Origin: Eledone cirrhosa
Taxonomy: Eukaryota
DNA length: 64,000 nucleotides
Direction: 5' to 3'
Assembly: GCA_964016885.1 (NCBI GenBank)
Contig: OZ024754.1
Location: 37,510,001 to 37,574,000, forward strand
The notes beneath the pieces were generated by a model that was not told where the DNA came from, searched no databases, and saw only the letters and a list, made by a program, of their open reading frames with translations. Both the position numbers and the translations under genes were made by a program. This document shows positions 56,606-64,000 of this stretch, piece after piece (the first letter of the stretch is position 1; the number at the start of each line of letters is the position of its first letter).

Positions 56606-56949
56606 ATATAATATAATAATAATATTATTAATATTCAATTTGTTTCCAAGCAAACAGCCTCACAACACCATGTGCTCTAGACGACTAATGTCATCATTTT
56701 GTTCCAGCAGTAGCAGGACAAATATTTTGAGATTATTGCCCCTTATCAAAATTGTACATCCCTCCCTTTTCTGTTACACCCTCGAACTTGTTTTTACAGC
56801 TGGCTTTGCCTAAAATTATAAACAAAATATATTTTCGCTCTAACATAACGGATATGTAAATGTATTTGTGAGTGGATAATGATAGTGTTATAATGATATA
56901 ATTAATATTCGATTCGTTTGTGCCAGCAAACAGCCTCATAACACCATCC

Positions 56950-57043
<94 letters not shown>

Positions 57044-57258
57044 GTATATATGTATGTATATATATATATATATGTATATATATATGTATGTATATATATA
57101 CATATGTATATATATATGTATATATATATATGTATATATGTATATATATATGTATATATATATATGTATATATATATGTTGCCGTCCCACCCTTGCAAGC
57201 AGGGAAAAGTGGACGTAAAATGATGATGATGATGATGATATATATATGTATATATATG

Positions 57259-57311
<53 letters not shown>

Positions 57312-57312
57312 G

Positions 57313-57346
<34 letters not shown>

Positions 57347-57408
57347 TATATGTGTATATATATATATGTATATATACATATATATATATATGTATATATA
57401 TATATGTG

Positions 57409-57441
<33 letters not shown>

Positions 57442-57502
57442 TTATATACCCTGAGTACTCTGGTGCGTTATGGTCCATCTGGTTCCTTACCACACTTCCT
57501 TC

Positions 57503-57604
<102 letters not shown>

Positions 57605-57662
57605 TGGTTCACCATACTGAGAACAATTGTTTCACCTTAGTGGATCCTCAGCAGGTACTGGT

Positions 57663-57723
<61 letters not shown>

Positions 57724-57808
57724 ATATAGAAATGGCTTCTACAGGACTAGAACTGTTACCTTCAAAGGAAATCGTCAGGAAAGACCCGGTTGAACCTGGG
57801 ATACACAA

Positions 57809-57842
<34 letters not shown>

Positions 57843-58269
57843 ATATGTATATATATATATATACATATGTATGTATGTATATATATATGTATGTATGCAT
57901 GTATATAAGTATGTGAGTGTATGTTTGTGTGTTTCCACATAATGAGATAATAAAACATCAGCCATTGTTTGAAGAATATGTTTATTCTGATTTGTAAACT
58001 GAAATTCACCCCTGAGGCATCCATTCATTGATCAATCGATATTATAATCTCCAACTAACCACAGAAGGAATTAATACCCAAATGAAGGACTTTCCAAATA
58101 CTAGCTCATATTTATCTTGAAGCATATTTATTCTTCGGTATCAGCTAACATTTAAACTGTTCAGTAAACATACCCGAGTGCACGACTTATCTCTTCAGTC
58201 ATGTTCACTAATCATGAAAGCACCGTGGTCAAATCGTTAAGAAATTGGCTTCACAATCTTTAGGGCTCT

Positions 58270-59012
58270 GGGTTAAATCTGACACATTACAGCGTAGACT
58301 GTGTGTTGTTTTTTTTTGTCATGACACCTACATGACCTCATTTATTTAGGACTGGATGTTGTGGTACCAACATAACTTTACAGCGAAAGGGGTTGTGTAG
58401 ATGGGGTGGGGGTAGGGGTAGTGGGATGGGCGTGTATTTTTGGTTAAGAGGTGCCTACTGACTGTAGGTTTCGCTTTGTACTTAGGCAAGGCGGGTCTTC
58501 TGTATTACTATGTAGCGCCAAAGATCTCGGTCCAATGACATTGTCGTGGAGAGGTGTAAGTGTGTAAAGTCGGAATGTCTGTTGAAATCACCTGCAATGA
58601 GTAGGAAGTCGTTATCATTAATTTGGGAGGTAGTGAGCATTAGGGGCTCATAGAACCTGTCTTTATGTATGTCTGGAAGTCCAGATTGAGGAGCATAGGT
58701 AGATATAATTGTCATGGTTGCACTGTTTAGTACAAGTCTAAGTTTAATTATTCTGTCATTTACTCTATTTACAGCAATAATTTTGATTACCCACTTTTCT
58801 GCTACCAAAATCCCTACTCCACCCAGCCCATTGTCATTCCCCACCCAGAAAAATTTGAAGCATTGTTTTTTTTTTATCAACGAGGAATCTGGCTGACATA
58901 CCTCTCCATCTAGTCTCTTGTACACAGAACACATCGACTTTCTTTCATTCAAGCACCTCTACTATCTCTCCAGATCTACCTTTCATAGTGCCAACACTGA
59001 TGGTGCCAACTC
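58270..59012 (-). mobile_element. Internally deleted RTE LINE: APE endonuclease fused to C-terminus and 3' UTR
   Basis: [57 protein letters not shown], then DRDLWRY..QKTR. Confidence 0.85.
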
Positions 59013-59091
59013 TGATATATATATGTGTGTGTGTGAGTATATATATGTATATATGTATATATATGTGTGTGTGAATGTGTGTGCGTGGGAA

Positions 59092-59123
<32 letters not shown>

Positions 59124-59145
59124 CATATATATATAAATACATACA

Positions 59146-59200
<55 letters not shown>

Positions 59201-59312
59201 ATATATACATACATTATATATATATATATACATATATATATTCATATATATATATACATATATATATATGTATATATATATATATGTATATATATACATA
59301 GATATATGTATG

Positions 59313-59385
<73 letters not shown>

Positions 59386-59532
59386 CTCTGCTGTCGGGGT
59401 CATACTTTCTCCTATTACCCACTCTACTACCCTAAGTATTGAGTACTCTGGTGTGTTATGGTCCATCTGGTTCCTTACCACAACTCCTTCGTTATATATA
59501 TATATAAATATATTTATATATATAGATATACA

Positions 59533-59649
<117 letters not shown>

Positions 59650-59661
59650 ATGTATATATAT

Positions 59662-59816
<155 letters not shown>

Positions 59817-60430
59817 TACACTTCATTCCTTGTGTATGATTTAGTAAGTAATTTGAAAATTTCTTCTATACTTATTTTAAAAGTAGTGAATTTGATAGTC
59901 ATTATGTCACCAAAACAAGAATAAGAAAATCTGATTTGGTCTCAGCTTGCCATAATAGGAAACACACCACTTTAGCTGAATAATTTTTTTTTTTTTTGTC
60001 ATATCTTCTGCTAGATTTTTAATGTTGATTCAAATCTATGTTGATATGTATGTCTTTCCATTGCAATGCTACCATACAGTATCTCTAATTTAATAAGGGA
60101 CTGAAAGGTTTTCTTTTAAAAGTATTTTCAATGAAACTCCTCCCAATCTGATTACTAAATTGAACATAAAAATAAAAATACGATTCTGATAATTCCTAGC
60201 ATTCAAATCAGACGTTTACAAATTTTTACATTAAATATTGTTGTATATTTGTGATATTTTTTTTTCTCTTCATGCTCTCTGCTCTAGCTTCCCTGCTTTC
60301 TTTCATTGATTTAAGTCTATGTATCTATATATATATATATATATATATATATGAATAAAGTTAGTCCTTCATCAGTGATCTTCCAACCATCATTGGTATT
60401 TCATCGCTTTAAAGACCATATACATCCGGT

Positions 60431-60679
60431 TGGTGCGAGCAACGGCTAAAATATATATATATGTATGTATGTATATGTATATATCATATATATATATATA
60501 TGTGTGTGTGTGTCTGTGTGTGTATATACATGCATACATACATATATATATATATGATGATTTCTCCCAAAGGAAACAGTTCTAGTCCTGTAGAAGCCAT
60601 TTCTATATTAAATATTTATACTCTGCTATGTATTGAGTACCTTACTTACTGTGGTTACCCCCGATCGAACCCAGGGTAA

Positions 60680-60759
<80 letters not shown>

Positions 60760-60910
60760 AATATATATATATATATATTTATTAAAATAACAGATTAAAG
60801 TTTAATCTGTTATTTTAATAAATATTTGCTCTACGGTTCTTATATATTTGATATATATTTATCCTTATCGAGCCCTCTTTGGATTTTAGTCTTCAAATTT
60901 ATTATTATTA

Positions 60911-61001
<91 letters not shown>

Positions 61002-61358
61002 GAATTACAACTTTGTCTGATTTACTCGTTCTATTTACAATCCTTTAAAATTATAATGATATTATAATGAAATAGTATGGTAGAATATTAAATATTAAAT
61101 GTTAATTGAACAAGTACTTTCATGCTTTCGCAATCTTCAGGTTCATATTCAGTGGTGACAGTCAAGTTGGCAATTGCTAACTTACTTGACTGTCACCACT
61201 GAATATGAACCTGAAGATTGCGAAAGCATGAAAGTACTTGTTCAATTAACATTTAATATTTAATATTCTACCATACTATTTCATTATAATATCATTATAA
61301 TTTTAAAGGATTGGAAATAAAACGAGTAAATCAGACAAAGTTGGAATTCCTTTTATTC

Positions 61359-61390
<32 letters not shown>

Positions 61391-61695
61391 TAATAATAAT
61401 AAATTTGAAGACTAAAATCCAAAGAGGGCTCGATAAGGATAAATATATATCAAATATATAAGAACCGTAGAGCAAATATTTATTAAAATAACAGATTAAA
61501 CTTTAATCTGAGAAATGGCTTCTACAGGACTAGAACTGTTTCCTTCGGGAGAAATCATCATATATATATATATATATGTATGTATGCATGTATATACACA
61601 CACACACACAGACACACACACACATATATATATATATATATGATATATACATATACATACATACATATATATATATTTTAGCCGTTGCTCGCACC
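60431..61695. repeat. Compound palindrome of about 1.26 kb built from four cassette families
   Basis: mirror-ordered inverted arms centred near 61175. Confidence 0.85.
61107..61244. ncRNA. Inverted pair of minimal hammerheads, family L (minus 61107-61145, plus 61206-61244)
   Basis: TGAAC-CTGAAGA-t tgc gaaa gca t-GAAA-gtac-TT-GTTCA. Confidence 0.8.
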
Positions 61696-61852
61696 ATATA
61701 TATATGTGTGTGTGTATCTGTATGTGTGTGCACGCATCTGTGTGTGTATATGTAAGAGACACGCACACACATGTAGATGTACATACATACAAAAGTACAT
61801 ACACACCTACATATACACATTCATCACACAATACACAGAATGTGGGTTTTAC

Positions 61853-61885
<33 letters not shown>

Positions 61886-62431
61886 CATACACACGGTTTG
61901 ATTATGTACTACAGGCAGGATTACCACTTTAAAAGATGAAATTCTCTCCCCTCTTTTTTTTTTTTCTGATTTCATTTTGATCACACTTTCCTGACAATCT
62001 ATACTATATGTAGAACAAATATTTGCGCCAGAGGCACAAATATAACATATTTTAATTCAATTTTGATCTCATGTATTAATGTTTGAAATTTTACTGACAA
62101 TATTCCATTTTGGTTTTCAAACAAACCTATCTGACTGGATGGTTTGGTGATTACTACAAGTAATAAATGAAATATTTTATTCTTTCTCTCCAGAACCACT
62201 TATTTCTTTTCATTGCAGAGCGAGAGTTTTACAAATTAAAATGCTATCTATACTGGCAAGATATCACGCAGTGTAAAGAAAATGTTGCAATTAATTTTGT
62301 CATAACACAAAGATATTTCGTTCTTCATGTGACTGTGTGTACGATAAAGCAAAGTGTTTGGTGTATGGTATAATGGTAGATGGTATATTGAGCTTCAACT
62401 TCAGTATATACTAACATTCCATCAGCCAATA

Positions 62432-62479
<48 letters not shown>

Positions 62480-62560
62480 AACATATGTATGCATATATAA
62501 GGGCGGTGCCCCAGCATGGCCTCAGCCGGATGGCTGAAACAGGTAAAAGAGCAAAAGAGT

Positions 62561-62600
<40 letters not shown>

Positions 62601-62995
62601 AACATATGTATGCATATATATACTTCCCTTTTCTTATATATATAGATATATATATACATATTTATATACATATATATATATATATAGTAATAATAATAAA
62701 TTTGAAGACTAAAATATATATATATATAAATATATACATATGTATACATATATACATATGTATATATATAGATAGATATATAGATATATATAAATATATA
62801 TACATATGTATATATATAGATAGATATATAGATATATATAAACATATATACATATGTATACATATGTTTATGTGTGTGTATATGTGTGTGGTGTGTATAT
62901 GTGTGTGCATATATATATATATGTATAAATATATATATTTATATAGACACACACACACACACACGTATACATCTATTTGTGTGTATGTCTGTTCA

Positions 62996-63036
<41 letters not shown>

Positions 63037-63679
63037 GTGTGTGTGTGTGTGTGTATTTGTATGTATGTACATATGCATATATACATATATATATATATGG
63101 GGAAAAGCGGACATAAAATGATGATGATGATGATGTGAGTGTGTGTGTGATTGTATGTCTGTATGTATGTATGTATGTATGTATGTATGTATGTATGTAT
63201 GTATGTATGTATGTATCTATGTATGTGTATTCAGCCAGAGAAAACTGGAGTGTAATAAAAATTTTACGAGAGCCGACTCTTCGCTGGTATTTGGCAGTGA
63301 ATTCTTGTGGTGTCATAATTGAAACCCCCTTCCTTTCACAGACCGACTTTCCAATAGATCGATACTGAGGGATGGGTGGGGGATTATGGGCTAAGGGTTG
63401 AGATTTCATAAGCTACTTCTTCTTTATTTATCGATATTGAGAAGAGCAATTTTTTCTATTTGTTCCAAAGGCAAAGCATCTCATTGAAGAATGAAATTTG
63501 TCTTAACCTATTCTGTTGTACCAATGTTTTATCTTTGATATTAATTCACACAAAGTATGTTGGAAAATATTCCATTTGCCTGCCGAGACTAAAGCATCTT
63601 TCTTTGCCTAGCTGCTGTTATCTTCATAAACATATGAATGTCTTAACCTCTTGTATTTTATCATTTTTATTATTTTTGA

Positions 63680-63985
63680 GCGCGATGCGGAAACACGGTG
63701 TCGGTATATGCGGACGACATCACCGTGATGGCGTCGAACACCTTGAAAATTGAGGTGGTCGGCACCTGCTTGGAGGAATATGAAAAGTTGATGGGAGAAA
63801 AACTAAAACCAGGAAACAGTCGGTGGGCTTGCAGCTCGGCACCTGGAGAGGCAAGTCCATGCCGTTCAACAACATTGTAGGGCACTGGACGGACGGACCG
63901 GTAAAGTTGCTCGTGGTCTGTTTCAGACCAGATCTCCAGTTGGATAAGAATTGGGATGAAGTGTCGATCAGGGTGCATGTCCAAA
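63680..63985 (+). mobile_element. Tx1/L1-type reverse transcriptase fragment
   Basis: VYADDITV..LEEYEKLMGEKL; after a frameshift VGLQLGTWRGK..WTDGPVKLL..NWDEV. Confidence 0.75.
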
Positions 63986-64000
63986 CCAATTTAGGGCTTT

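Noticed and set aside
57733-57785. Additional family B hammerheads (also 60556 and 61511)
   Set aside because: GAAA mutated to GTAA, or the 5' stem I strand is lost; counted only as fragments.

Overview
AT-rich, microsatellite-saturated eukaryotic DNA. The SINE and LINE content resembles octopod cephalopod genomes; this is an inference, not a database result. No host gene can be called with confidence, and almost all long ORFs are translations of simple repeats. The window holds about 25-30 copies of a tRNA-headed Meta-type SINE, about 10 CORE-type SINEs, decayed LINE pieces (RTE, CR1, CRE, Tx1/L1), hAT, Tc1/pogo and piggyBac-like MITEs, Helentron-like ends and several minisatellites. The main signal is a set of short non-coding cassettes embedded in (TA)n tracts. 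Folded by hand, they contain about 20 type I hammerhead ribozyme (HHR) motifs from about 10 sequence families. Several have a palindromic stem III (dimer type), a downstream AATAAA, fold-back inversions, core variants (U3:A8, CUGAAUGA) or nested multi-family palindromes. This is best read as a dense population of (TA)n-targeting Penelope-like or retrozyme-like elements. Ribozyme activity is predicted from motifs only, and coordinates are hand-counted (off by a few nt for ribozymes, more for repeat edges).
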